Below are positions 15,682 through 28,962 of a stretch of DNA of 64,000 bases, in pieces. Position 1 is the first letter of the stretch, and every line of letters begins with the position of its first letter. Where the stretch lies: contig CP075497.1 in assembly GCA_021613535.1 (NCBI GenBank), forward strand, positions 9,362,001 to 9,426,000, given 5' to 3'. The notes under the pieces were generated by a model. It had not been told where the DNA came from. It was given only the letters and a program-made list of their open reading frames with translations, and made no database searches. The translations under genes and the position numbers were made by a program. The DNA is from Adineta vaga. Lineage: Eukaryota > Animalia > Rotifera.

Positions 15682-17209
15682 TTAATGTCGAAAATCGCGT
15701 TTATGTTGAGGATTTTGTCGATAACATGATTTGCCAAATGGACATTCAGGCTTATCGACATCATTATCATCATTATTATCAGTATCATTCGATTGTTTTG
15801 AATCATCATGATCGCTATCACCTGGATGTGATTGTTCAGCACGATGTGTAGGATTCTTTCGATAACATGACGCACCAAATTGACAAGCTGGACGACGTTT
15901 ACCTCCTGATTTGACTAAATATGAATTGAAATCAATAATGAATTAAATGTATATTTTCAAATACTTTTTTTTGGCGGTGGTGGTGTTTTCCGTTGTTGTT
16001 ACAGAATCAAAGCCATCGCCACTATCACTATCGAAACTTTTTGTCGAAGGTATTTTACTTAATACTTTGCCTAAAACTTTTGATTCACTAGGTGATCGGG
16101 CATCTAATAGAGAATAATACAAATAAAACAATAGATATGATCGATAGATAGAAGAATTTTACCTGATAGATTGGAAGATTCATTTAGATCATCATTGCTT
16201 TCACCTTCAAAACTTACTGGAAAAAAACAAAACAAACAATCATATATCATTTATCTTTGCCTGAAAAACATCTGTTACTAACGGTGTCGTTTAGCACTAG
16301 TCGGAGCAGTATAAGATGAATTTCGTGAATAAGAAGATTTTGGTGTTGCTGTCGTCGGTTTTGCTACCGGTGATGGTGTTGGTGCTATCATCCATTTCGG
16401 TAATTTACGTGCTTTACTACTGTTACTATCTGATTCATGTTCAAATTCATCCTAGAAAAATTTCATGTGTTTGGAGAAAATATAGTTTTAAATCAAACAT
16501 ACTTGACTTTCAACAGATGGACGTGATGAAGACATTCCTCGTTTAATTTTAATTGTAGGACTAGATGATGTAGTCGGTGTGTTTGGCTTTGGTTTTGGTT
16601 CTACATCTAAGGAAATTTTCTTTTCCAGAGAAACACGTCGACATGGTGTTCGTGTTGTTGGTTGAGTATTAAGATCATCATCAAAATCAAAAACAGATGT
16701 ATCTTGATTGCTTGTCGATCGACGATAACCATGTATTGGTGACCAATCATCTGGTGATTTTGCATCAATAGGAGATGATTTAATATCTTCTTTTTTCCAT
16801 TCATATAATGAATCTGAATCTGAATCATTATTATTGTTGAAATCAATTGAAAAACTAACACGAAAGTAAAAGTTCGATGGAAGTAAACCAATTTGATCGC
16901 CATCTTTTAATTCTCGTTCAATATCTTTAGGTAATTGAGTTGTTTTACCGTTCGATGAACGATAAAAAACTGGATTAGTATGTGTTGGTTTAATCCAAAG
17001 TGTATTATCATCTTTTAGTAATAATTCAGCATGATGACGTGAAATTTTCTTCTCATTACACTAAAATAAAACTCGATAGAACTGATTTGAAAAGTAACCT
17101 TTGAACATACGCCTAATGATGAACCACGTCCAACAATAACTTTTTCATTTTTTTTCACAGTAATACGATTTCCTTCATTATTTGGAATAAGTTCTACTTT
17201 ACCGACCAT
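15682..17209 (-). CDS. APLF: Aprataxin and PNKP-like factor (N-terminal FHA, two C-terminal PBZ zinc fingers)
   Basis: PNKP-type FHA (VIVGRGSSLGC..KKISRHHAEL..HTNP..LKDGDQIGLLP). Last exon RPACQFGASCYRKNPTHRAEQSHPGDSD...KPECPFGKSCYRQNPQHKRDFRH-TAA contains two PBZ motifs. Confidence 0.9.
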
Positions 17210-17472
17210 TCTCGATTATATACAGTAATTCAAAGTAAAAGAAACGTTATTTCAAATGTATGGTGTAAGACAATGAAGATATTCAAATTGACAGAAAACA
17301 AAACTATAGGTTCCTTGTTTCAACGAATCAAATGTTCTGATAGAGGGAGTAGGTGTTCAAACTCTAATTCTTAGATATATTAATGAATAAAAAAACTAAA
17401 GTTGATTTTCTTGATCATAAATTTATTTGATATATATTTATATCACATACAATAAAAATTATCACATTATTT

Positions 17473-19752
17473 TTAAATCGCTATAAATATCTTCTTATAA
17501 TACATGATACCAGCTATGATTATCCACCATAAAACACCATATGCATGTATTGCCAATAATTCCTTATGGGTTTCATTAACTTTAAATTGTACTGGAAAAC
17601 TTCGTGAACAAATATCATGACCAACGTAGAGTACAATAGAATTCATGCCTAACCAAAGCCATGGTTCACCTGTAAACAATTGATAAACATCCACAAGTAA
17701 ATAAAGTATAGTTAAGATAATAAATGCAAGGCTAGCTAAGACAAAGATGAAACTTAATGACCAAAGATTCTTATTAATTGGTATCCAACTATTCGATTGA
17801 CCTCCTTCCGATAAAAGTAAACCAAAGAATCCACAAATTAAACCAGATCCAATCCATAATGCGCAAGTACGAATGACACGTGTAGAATAGGCAAAACAAT
17901 GACCAGCATGAGCACCCAAATAACAAAGAAATATTCCAGATAAAATTCCCAGAAGACCTATCAATATTGAAATAAATCACCTATTGATAATCTTCATTAC
18001 TCACCTTCTGGATCATATGGTAATTGAGTTTGATATATATCTCTACATGTTGGATAATCATATATATGAGAACTTCCTAAAATTGTTCGATCAAGATATC
18101 CAGCAATACCTGCAATTAAATAGATGATCTCAAAGGGTTTTCTTTTGAATCAAATAAAAAATAAACGAAAATATACCTCCAGTACAATTTTGATACATTG
18201 CATGCCTATGTTTTCCACCAGGACCTGTATAACCTCTTGGACAATTGCTTAATTTCGGAATGTATGTAATACAAATCCATGCCAAAATAATCATTATAAC
18301 AGAGATCCATTCTGGCCAGAATTGAAATATTGTATTTCTCAATTCATGACTGATTGGTTGATGAACATCATCTCCTGAAAATATAAAGTAAAATAGATCT
18401 TTTCTGTAATTTTCAAAATTTATAATTACCAATTGGCCATGTTGATGAATGAGAACGCTCTTCCGTTTCACCAAAAATAAGTACAATTATTGCAGTAAAA
18501 AAATAACATAATGCTAAACGTTGTAAAACACCTAAAATTCGAAGATCTTTTGGTTTACCATATCCACCTTGTAGAATCAAACCTATACTTCTCAATCTGT
18601 ATATTTCATTTATTAAAATAATGTTCTATTTCATACCCAATAGAAATAATATTACCGTTCGTCGACATATTTTAAGAAAAATACTCAATTTAGAGACTTT
18701 CTTTTTTAATAGTGACCGTTGTGAAAGAACAATAGAAACACCCATCATCCAAACAAACCAAGGAAATACTAAATCAGCTAGAGTTAAACCATTCCAAACT
18801 AGAAAAATGATTTCTTCGAAAACCGACAATTTTGTCAAAAAAAATCTTCTTACCAGAATGATCAAAAAACCAATAACCACCTCCTATGAAATTTGCATAA
18901 ACAATATGAAGTAGAGAAGGATATAAATGAAATATTCTTACCACCATAGTTTACAAAAATCATTACCATTAATGAAAATCCTCGAAATGTATCCAGTGAT
19001 CGAAGACGTCGTGGTAAAACTTTAGTAATTTTAATTGAATTATCTGATAAACGTGTGGCTCCAACTAATGGCATTTCAGTTGTAGTATTAACTACCGTAT
19101 GTACATCGCTATTAGAAGTTTCTTCTGCTATAGTCGATAGTTCTCGTCGATTCACAACTGGACTTGTTTGCGGTGTAATATTTGTTTCATTAATAATGAT
19201 TCGTTGGTAACGCATATTGGTTAGCATTCGACCTATGTATTGGTTTTTATAAATATATTGAAATAATTGAATGAAAAACACTAATAACATTAGAAGTATG
19301 ATCAACACAATGATTGGTGTCCAATAATAACTGGAGTCTTGTGTTTGAATTACTGTACATGAAGTAAGATGTGGTTGCATTTGTATAACTTCAAATAAAT
19401 ATGTTCCATGTTCAGAAAATCGATAGGATTCGATATGACATTGAATTGTTTTATTTTGAATGCCTGAGTAAAGTTGAAAATCATATGGAAATCTTGAACT
19501 TATTGTCAACGTTTGATTAGAATTTATCGGAAGAGGATCACCTAAACGATCAAAATCACATTGTTCACATACTACAACATTGTACATAAATGAAATCGGA
19601 TCTGTATGGTTTTTATTGCTAAGGATTAAAGTTACTTGATCCATTCCTAATGAATCTGACAGACTGGTTTTGATTATTTGTGTTTGACCATAGCGTAGAA
19701 ATGGTTGAATAGTGATGAAAACTATCCATATATAATACAATAGTTTCTTCAT
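17473..19752 (-). CDS. HGSNAT: Heparan-alpha-glucosaminide N-acetyltransferase
   Basis: RLRSLDTFRG, WNGLTLADLVFPWF, RILGVLQRLA, CPRGYTGPGG, IPINKNLWSLSF, LGMNSIVLYVGH. Confidence 0.95.
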
Positions 19753-20242
19753 CAGTATGTCGATGCTTAATTATCTAAAAAAAAAGATGTTCAGAATATC
19801 TTTGTTACTGTTATTGGATTCTTTTTTCATTGGTTTTGTGAAAGAAAAGAAGCAGGTGTGCCCACTTATTCCGAAGAAGATAAAAATATAATGTGCAACT
19901 AACTGAGGTTCTTATCAATAGTCTTGTAAGAAAACTAACGTATACTTTAATGATCGTTTTATCTGACCTTGTTATCTCATATAAAAACAGGTCGCAGTCC
20001 ATGATAAAAATAATCAATTAGTGATTGTTTACTAGAACACAACTTTTCTCTTCGTAAAATTATTTATTCTATTGCAGATTGCGAAGATAAAAAAGAGTAT
20101 TATGTGTTTACAAATTGAGATTCAATAAAATAAATAATATTGTTTTCACTTAACGATCGATCAGATGTAGACGATGATTGTTCGGATAATAACGAGGTAA
20201 GAATTGGAAGAACGGAGAGATCAACTGTACTGTTATCAATAT

Positions 20243-20717
20243 TCATTGATAAGTACAAGAGAAGACAATTGAACAATAGATTTCATATTCACACCTTCTG
20301 AAATAGGCTGTGGCAATACTTGTCATCACACCGCTCATAATTGAATTCCATGGCTCTTCTCTTATTCTTACATAAACAAAACTACAAACAGTGAAAGAAA
20401 ATGTGAATACCCAGATACTAAATGATGCTAAATAGATAATCAAACAATATAACACTCTTTCCATTGCATTTTTACTACCAATCAATCGTCCATATTGACC
20501 TTACAGAGAAGTATTTTCCTTCATTATTCAAGATTTCTGTCAAATTCTGACACTCGACATATGACAATATCCGTTATTTGCATGGAAAATAGTTCCACCA
20601 TTTGTTCCTAGTACAAATGCACGCCCACAAGCATCTATAACACGTCAAGGACTAAATAATGAAATCGTTCGAATTATGCTATTCTCAATGATCTTCTCAC
20701 CAAAATTCTCGACCCAT
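20243..20717 (-). pseudogene. Tim17-family mitochondrial translocase subunit, probably a pseudogene
   Basis: Spliced reading MGREFCP*RVIDACGRAFVLGTNGGTIFH...ASFSIW...VRIREEPWNSIMSG matches Tim17 (REPCPWRIVDDCGGAF; KEDPWNSITSG). An in-frame TGA at 20645-20647 replaces the conserved Trp. Confidence 0.75.
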
Positions 20718-20893
20718 TGAATTCTTTTCTATAGGTAATTTATCTAAAAACAGAATCAATCGAATATAAATGCTCAAAGATTGCTATTGCATATGTACGT
20801 GTCTGTGTATATTTATATATATTAATTTCAAAGACAAAAGAAAATGTTTAAAAAAAACAATAAAATTTAAAAAAAAAAAGAAAGAGATGATGA

Positions 20894-22848
20894 CTAAGAG
20901 CTTGATTTAGGAAAATATTTGAGTAGTAATGTTTGTCGTCGTCGTTCGACAATATGTCGTTGGTTTTCAATATCCTATAGAATATCAAATCATGATTAAT
21001 GAACTGAAGAAATATATCGATATTATTTACTCCTCGATTATGCGTTGTTGAACGTTCAATTTGATAAGATAAATTTTCAATTTCAACTTCCAATTGAGCT
21101 TGAATATTTTCAAACTAAAACAAGAGATAAATCAACTGATTTTGTTCATATATGAACTTACGAGATTTCGATCAACTGTATCTTCTTGATAATAAGCATA
21201 GGGATAAGTGTACATGAGAGTATATCGAGCCTGTAAAATTACAAGTAATCAAGTAGAAATTCATATCTATATGAACAACTTACTTTTGCTAATGATTCAG
21301 CTGCCTTTTCTAAATATTGCCAATCGATATAAGTTCCATTTTGTGCATTGATATTCTGTTCAACTTTTTCAATTAATTTCGCTCTTGTTTGTTCTTCTAG
21401 TTTCAAACTTCGTTGATGATTATCCCACTAGAGAAATCGAGAAAATTTCAATTAAAAAACAGCTCTTTTATTGTCCATACTCGTTCAAAATAATGTAAAT
21501 ATTTTTTTAAAGCTTCCCGTGCTCGACTTTGTTTTGTTTCCAATTGTGATTGAGGTTGTCCACGATACTTTGAACATTCATAATAATTATTCTCATGGAT
21601 TTTCCAATCTAATAAAATCAATTATCGATCTTTCTTTTTTGTTAATCTTATCCTTACCTCCAAGACACATCCAACAAAAATGGTGATTACATGAAAAACA
21701 TGACTAAAGACAATCTCTTTTATGTATAATCTATCAATTAAATCAATATTCACTTACCATATGATTACAACCTCCATTCTTTTCAATACACACTTTACAT
21801 TTCGGACAATCTTTCGTATTTGCAGATATGTAATTAGCTGTTTCAGAATCCTAAATAAACAAAGAACGAACTTTCAATTTTGTTTTTACTTAGAAAATTT
21901 GTCAATACGAACATCTCGACATTTATTTAACCAATTCCTCATTATATCACAACTGGCAGGTGCATGATAACTCAATGAACATTGAAAACTAAAGAGAATG
22001 ATTTCAACGACATGAAGTTTTTCTTTGAAAAACAAAAACGTACCAAAATTTTAGATGACATAATTCACATTCAACTCTGCCTGGTATAGGTTTATTAATG
22101 GCTTCGAATACACGCTCACATGAACCAGAACATAGTGTCATTTGTGGATTTTTCTAAAACATCAAGTTTATAGAAGAAAAAAGGGTTTTCCTTTGAAAAT
22201 TTACTTGAATCATTGATTTAATCGTTAGTTTTTTATACAATTCTTTTGAATTATCTGACGAGAGGTGTTCGAGAACAAAACTAAAAATATAAATTTTATT
22301 TTTACAAATATCAATGCATTGAATTTGATTTACTTTTGTGGAATTCGAACATCGCATTTCATGCATTCCATATCTAGAATTATAAATCAACGAAAGTTGT
22401 ATTGAATTTTCAACAATATACATAGACAAAACATCTTTACTTAAACAATGATGAGATTGAAATTTCGTGTCAATATATTGAGTCCAACAATCATGACAAA
22501 AAGCATGATTACATATCAAAGATTGAAAATGTGTTTGATTTTTAAAACATATTGAACATATTGCTGGAGTTGATGATGTATGAATATATGAATTGGAAAA
22601 AATTGTTGGTTCAAAACGTGTTTGAACATCTTTTAATGTGCTTACAGTATATTCAAACTGTTCAGGATCATTGCTATTAACATTCGTCGTATAATTATTA
22701 TTATTATCATCTTGAAATGGATCTATATCATCATAATACGTATCATAACAATCATCATCTAATTCGAAATGGATATTTATTGATAGATGAGAAAACAAAA
22801 ACATTTGAACTTACCGATTGCATCACTATCATATTCGTTTCCACTCAT
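20894..22848 (-). CDS. ARIH2: Ariadne-family RBR E3 ubiquitin ligase (ARIH2-like)
   Basis: Acidic N-terminus; RING1 [18 protein letters not shown]; IBR; RING2 [29 protein letters not shown]; Ariadne tail [21 protein letters not shown]...[17 protein letters not shown]. Confidence 0.9.
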
Positions 22849-23360
22849 ATTTTTAAAGATAAAACAATGAAAATATTATTTCATTGAATAAGTTACGAGC
22901 GTTGGAAAAAAACAGAAATACAGTAAGTACTAGTGGAGTGAAGATGTACGGAAAAGAGCAAGATCGAATGAGAATAAACAAAAAATATTTCTTCTTCATG
23001 TAGGAACCAAAGATATTCAATTCGATAGATGGCGTTCATAATCGGTCATTAGAGATTAACGAAATCATCTCGGATCTTTATAGTATTATACTATTAAAAT
23101 GCATATAGACTTGTTGTTGCCACAAAAGAGAAGACTTTTCGAAATATGATTTACTATATCATCTAAATTGTATTCTAATATATGAATCACATTTGTTATG
23201 TTTTGTACAATTCAATAAAACTTTTCTCACAAACAAAGAAAAAAAATATACTAAATAAATAAATAAATAAATAAAACAATTGTTGGCTCATTTAGATTTT
23301 CTTCAAATATTCAAATAGACTCTAGAAGAAAAGAAGAGATGAATAGAAATGAATGAATGA

Positions 23361-26192
23361 TTAAGTTCTTAGAATTACCGCTACACTTGTATTTGATGCA
23401 ATTTCATCTCGATCATCATCAGGAACAGGTGAAACTGATTGTTCAAGTGCATGAGCTTGATCAATAGCTGCTTTTGTTTGACTAAGTCGAAGCATTTTCT
23501 TAGGTGTCGATGTTAAATCATTGGATGCTGGTGGTGGTAACATACGTTTTTCTCTAAATATCAATTTCATTAATTACTATATTTAATCTTTGAATAGAAA
23601 AAGAATTTACCGTGGATTGATTTTTGTTTGCTGATTGATTGATATTGGTGGTGGTGGTGGTGGTAATGGTGGTCGAATGGAAGATTGTGTTGCAAGTGGA
23701 TGATTGATACCAGTTCGACGTACAGCTGTTGTTCGTGATGGTTGAGAAATGGTAGTTCCTTGTTCAAGACGTTTGATTTTGGCATCCTAAAGATTCATGG
23801 AAGGATAAAAATCATATATGGAAAGAAATCTATCGAACCTTTTCACCCATAGATGAACGTAATGATGTTAATAAATTTTGATTTTTTGAAAGACGTTCTT
23901 CGAGTAAAGCCTTGGTAAATAATACAAAATATGATTTTGATTTGTTGTAAAGTTTAAACATACAAGTTTTGTTTTTAATTCTTCAATTTCTTTTTCTTTT
24001 TCACCAATTTCGATATTTGTTGCTTCAACAATAACATCTTTTTGTTTGATTTGTTCTGTATGTTCATCCTTTGAAAGAGATATTTGTCAATTTAAATATA
24101 AGAGAAATATTCATCCGTACTGTTTCTTGTAATAAAGCATGATTTTGTGCTCGTAATTCTTCATTTTCTCTTGTTAATTGTGTTATTTCTTCTTCACTAA
24201 ATTCCTAAAATAATCTATTCCAAACATCTGAATGATTCATTCAATTCAAACTCAACTATTTTTCCTAATAATTCCTTGTGTTTCAAAGTTAATTCATCAA
24301 AAAGTTTCTTTTTTTCATTGATTTCATCGATTTTTTCTTCTAATCGATTATCATATTCCATCTAAATAAGTAAAAATAGAAAGAACTGAAATTTGCCATT
24401 TCATAAAATTCCTTACTGATTGTTTGGTATAATTACTAATTTGTTTTTGATATTGTTCACGTGTTTCAATCAATTGTTTTTCCAAATTACGATTGATTTC
24501 TTCAATTTGAATTTGTAATGATTGATTTTTTTCTTTAAATTCTTCAATTTGTTTCTTAGTATTTGTCTTTGAATTAAAAAAAAAACAAATATTTTCAAAA
24601 CTTTAAAATCGATTCAAATCTTACTAATTGATCGATTAATTCATTATTCTTCAGTTGCAATTGTTCATTTTCTTGTTCACGAACAATTATTTCAGCTTGT
24701 CGTGCTTGAACTTCAGTTTCATGATATTCCGTATGTTCTTCTGTTTTTTGTTTCATTTCATCGAGTCGATTTTGTAATGTTTTATTCAATTCTTGAACAT
24801 TAAAGATTTCAACTTTACTATCATCCTAAAAATTTTATAAAAAGGTAAAAACGATTTGAAACGAAAAATCAATACAAACAATTTTTAAGACTAATGTATC
24901 AATTCGTTTTTGTAAATTATCAATTTGTTGATCTTTCAATGTAAGTTTTGCATCATTTTCAATTGTTAATGTTTCCATTATTTGTTGATATTTATTCTAA
25001 ATAATAATCAATAAGAATAAATGAAGAAAAACAGAAATGACTTTTATTACAATTTGTTCAGTTAATTCCAGACATTTCGATTGTGCATTGATGTTTGTCA
25101 CTTGTAATTGATGGATTTCATTTTCAAATAGTGACTATCAAACAACAAAGAATTCGATTCGTTACATTTGAAAATGAGAAATTTCTACAATTTTTGAAGT
25201 TAATTCAAGAATCTGAGCTGTTGTTTGTGTATTTTCTTGTGTTCGTTCATGAATTTGTTTATTTAGTTCATGACGAGCTTGTTCATGAAGTTGTTCAACT
25301 AATTTCAATTGTGATTGTACTAGGTATGAAGAGATAAAGAATTCATGACAACGAAAGATTTTATTTTCTATACAATTTTGTAATTTAGTTTCAATTGTTG
25401 AATCAACACGATCAGCAAGTATTTTGACATTTCGTTCTTGATGATCGTACATTCGTTCAAGATCAACACGAACAAATTCACCTAAATGTTTTGTTTAAAA
25501 GATAAGAACACGCTTGAAGTAACATATAACAAAAGAGTTGGTTAATTTATCATTTCATTAAGCACTTATTCATTTAAATCATACATCTTTAATGCAACAT
25601 AAAAGTTCCATTTCCGTTCGATGAACTCGTTTTAATTACATTTTTGCTATGTCATTATTTCTAATACTTACATTGTGAAACATTTTTTTCCAATTTAAGA
25701 ACATTCTTTTTCAATATATGATGAAGTTCTTCCAGTTTGTGTACTCTATATTTATTATTAAGTAAAATCATTGCAATGAAACAAAACAAATTATCAAACT
25801 AAATACATACTTTTTTTCTAAGAATAATTCATTTTGTTTCATAGAATTAATAGTCATTGTTTGTTGTTCGATTTGTACCTAAAATATTGAATAAAGCAAA
25901 TGTTTATTTCAATTCATATGACATACAATTGAATCATTCAATGTTTGTGATTGTCGTTGATTAATCAATTGAAGTTTTTGTAATTCTTCATTCTAGAAAA
26001 AAGTTCTTCTTTCGAAATTCAATTCAAATCAATGATTCTAACTGACTTTTTCATTCATAGCAGAGTCATACATTTGACGCCAACGTTTGGACCACTTAAT
26101 TCTTCATGCAATCGATTTGTTGCAGATGAAGACATTGCAAGAAGTGTCGGTGTTGATGCACCAGACATTCGATCGATGGGCGATGAAGACAT
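23361..26192 (-). CDS. Long coiled-coil protein with an unstructured Pro/basic tail; candidate SYCP1 homologue; apparent 1-bp frameshift near 26100
   Basis: Multi-exon, E/K/Q/L-rich heptad-like sequence. The N-terminal ~110 aa align without gaps to the remembered conserved SYCP1 N-terminal coiled-coil motif (see findings). Confidence 0.6.
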
Positions 26193-26538
26193 TTTTGTTA
26201 TTAATGAATTTTCGAAATTTCGTGGAAAAAACACGAGTAGTATTTCCCCGCCGATGATTTCTTATCCTCCTTGTCGAAATAAACTGTGTTGATTCTTCGA
26301 TTCAATCAAAAAAAAAATAATTCAAATTTGTTTTCAAATTAAAAACTATATTTTCTAATAAAAATTATCAATTCAATCTAGATGTCGCTCAATATTTTGT
26401 AGGATGAGTCATCCTTCTGTTGCTCGGTCAAGGAAAAACTATTTTTTTTTCTCGCTTTCTCTCTCTTGAGTATTATGCAGATATATACGCTCAACTACTC
26501 AGATACATTTAGTTGTTTCTTTTGATATTAATTTAACA

Positions 26539-27046
26539 ATGAACTCGACTTTAGTTAGTACAAATAATGGTAGTCCAGCTGCTGGTGGTGATTATCAATC
26601 ATCATGTGAGCCAACATCGATTCATTCTGCATTAATCGATGAAATTCATGATATTCCAATGGGAGAAATCAGCCGTCCATTATTATCAACTCTTGATGAA
26701 GATAAAGTGCAATCATTAATACAAACAATTCAAGTAAAATTATCGAAATATATGGATTTTCTAACATAATAAACAATGATTTTAGACGATGGATTCAGAA
26801 CGAATACCACCAATTGATGTTCTATGGTATAAAGCACCAAACTCAGGAAATAATTACTTTTTTGCTATGGGTGGTTGCCATCGTTGGGAGTATGTTTATA
26901 AATGAAAGAATTATTTTTTTCTAAATAAGATCTTTTTTAGAGCTCATAAACGATTGAATTCACCGACGATTCGAGCAAAACTTATACAAACGACGTTAAA
27001 TGATTTGAAAGTTTATTTTGGTTCATCGTTATCGAATTTACAATAA
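26539..27046 (+). CDS. SRXN1: Sulfiredoxin
   Basis: Three exons: SIHSALIDEIHDIPMGEISRPL..LDEDKVQSL, IPPIDVLW...NYFFAMGGCHRWEA (catalytic GCHR), AKLIQTTLNDLKVYFGSS. Confidence 0.93.
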
Positions 27047-27446
27047 TTTATTTTGTTGTTTTCTTTGAGTTTTTTTTTAATCTGCAACAAACAAAATTTA
27101 TACAATACATCTAAACTCTTTGCGAATAATTATTTAAAAAATAATATTGATTTCTTTGTTGTTCATTGTAGATCTATGTTTATTCTGATAGTTCTATTCG
27201 TCGAGACAAGGTAAATTTTTTATCCGTATGTGACAATTTCATAATTAAATTTTCAGGCAAATTTGTTCTCGATTTTGGATATTAAACGAGAACACAATCT
27301 CTTGAGAATGACAGAATTGATAGTACTTAGAAGAAAATTGAAGTGTATCCTCATTTCAAGGTCTTACGTATCGAAAATTTTCAGTTAGACGTAAATATAT
27401 CAAAATTGTTGAATTTAATGTGATTTATTTTTAGATAGAATCCAAC

Positions 27447-28804
27447 ATGTCAACAACAACAACAATTGAACCAAAAAAAGAATCCTTAGGCATCTCTGCT
27501 GCTCTGATTCTCAGTCTTGTTGGATTGACAGTAAGTAAATAATTAAGCTAATATGGCTTCTATGTTCTTTTCTTCCAGCTGCTGCTTATCATCGCTGTAT
27601 TAATTAAACGAGAAATTCGTCGAGGAGATGTGAAATCTAAACGTGACGGACACTTTTGGCATTGCAATTTTTTCAAAAAAGTATATCTATCAGATCATAC
27701 ACTTGAATTTGTCTTATTTCGTTACTTAACTTTTCTCATTAGTATAATGATGCAAGATTACCTAAAGATGGAAAAGTTCCAGCTAAAGTTCGTCCTCAAT
27801 GGCTTCTAGTTGGACATCATGAATTACCTGATCGTTATTATACAAAAGATGGTAAAATCAAACTTTTATTTGTCTTTTAGTACAAATCATACATCTTCTA
27901 ATTTTAGAATGTCCACAATACATTGCTCGAATGTTTCTTGTTGATCTCTATACTGTGTTTCGTAAGTTAGATCAAATAACATATCTATAATTCATTAATT
28001 TATATTTAGAATATACATGTCGAGAAACATTCTCGGAACTTGATCCTAGTGCATCATTAGACGCTTATCTAATTAATAATTATCCATCATTAAATGAAAC
28101 AGTTCACCTATTTCGTAAACTTAAAAGTCGTGCAGAAGTTGATTTAGTTGTATGTTGATTCTATTGCCAGGCATCTATCTGTTTCTATAAATCTTTCATT
28201 TTATTTCAGCCATTTACACTCGATGATACAAAAGAAGGTGTTCGAATGTTTAATCATTTATTACAAAAACTTTCAGAATTTGTTAATAATCCATATCTTC
28301 GTCAACGTGAAATTGATCTTTTATTGTTTACGCAAACTAATGAACAACCAATGAAAATGAGTTCAAAATATATTCCACTACTTCCAAAAGATTTATGTCA
28401 TATCCCATTACGACCCATTGATGCTAATTCATTAGGAAATATGAATAAACGATCACGATCCAAAGGTCGATTTCCTTTTCATTTACCATCATTTTTAAAT
28501 AAACGAAGATTTTTTTCAACAAAATCAAACTCAACACCATTACAATCATCAAAAACTCGAACAGGTAATCTTTTCTTCTTTTTATCTTTGTCAAAAAAAT
28601 TTTGTTATTCATGTAGAACTTTATGCCAATAATGAAATATCAATCGATGAAAATGAACAGAGTAGTGCATCCACTGAAAATCCTTCAACGAAACATAGTC
28701 GACAACGAATTAAACGACAAGGTGCAACTGATGTTATACCTTTAGTAGAATTTCATGATGCACTTTCTCATTCTACAACATTTGGTTCAGACACAGAACA
28801 ATAA
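27447..28804 (+). CDS. C1orf43/NICE-3-like single-pass membrane protein
   Basis: N-terminal TM followed by IKREIRRGDVKSKR (cf. VKRQIMRFAMKSRR) and YIARMFLVD (cf. YLYRMKALD). Spliced ORF runs to TAA at 28802-28804. Confidence 0.65.
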
Positions 28805-28962
28805 TCATAAGAAGAATTGTCTTTTCATTTATTTTTCTATGTATATGCAAATAATGAACAAATGTTTTACATATATATATATATATGTGTTGTGTCTTCG
28901 GTTTTCTTTGCCTTTTTTATATGAGTGGAATAAATGATGGTCATCATAGATAGAAAATTGTT

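Noticed and set aside
20645-20647. Alternative genetic code (TGA=Trp) or selenocysteine at in-frame TGAs (Tim17; ATPase AK*RTAG)
   Set aside because: Intact neighbouring genes use TGA as stop and TGG for Trp, and the ATPase copies carry other disabling lesions.
26032-26292. Plus-strand 86-aa ORF and similar antisense ORFs (e.g. 43227-43613, 31977-32189)
   Set aside because: These are antisense shadows of real exons on the other strand.
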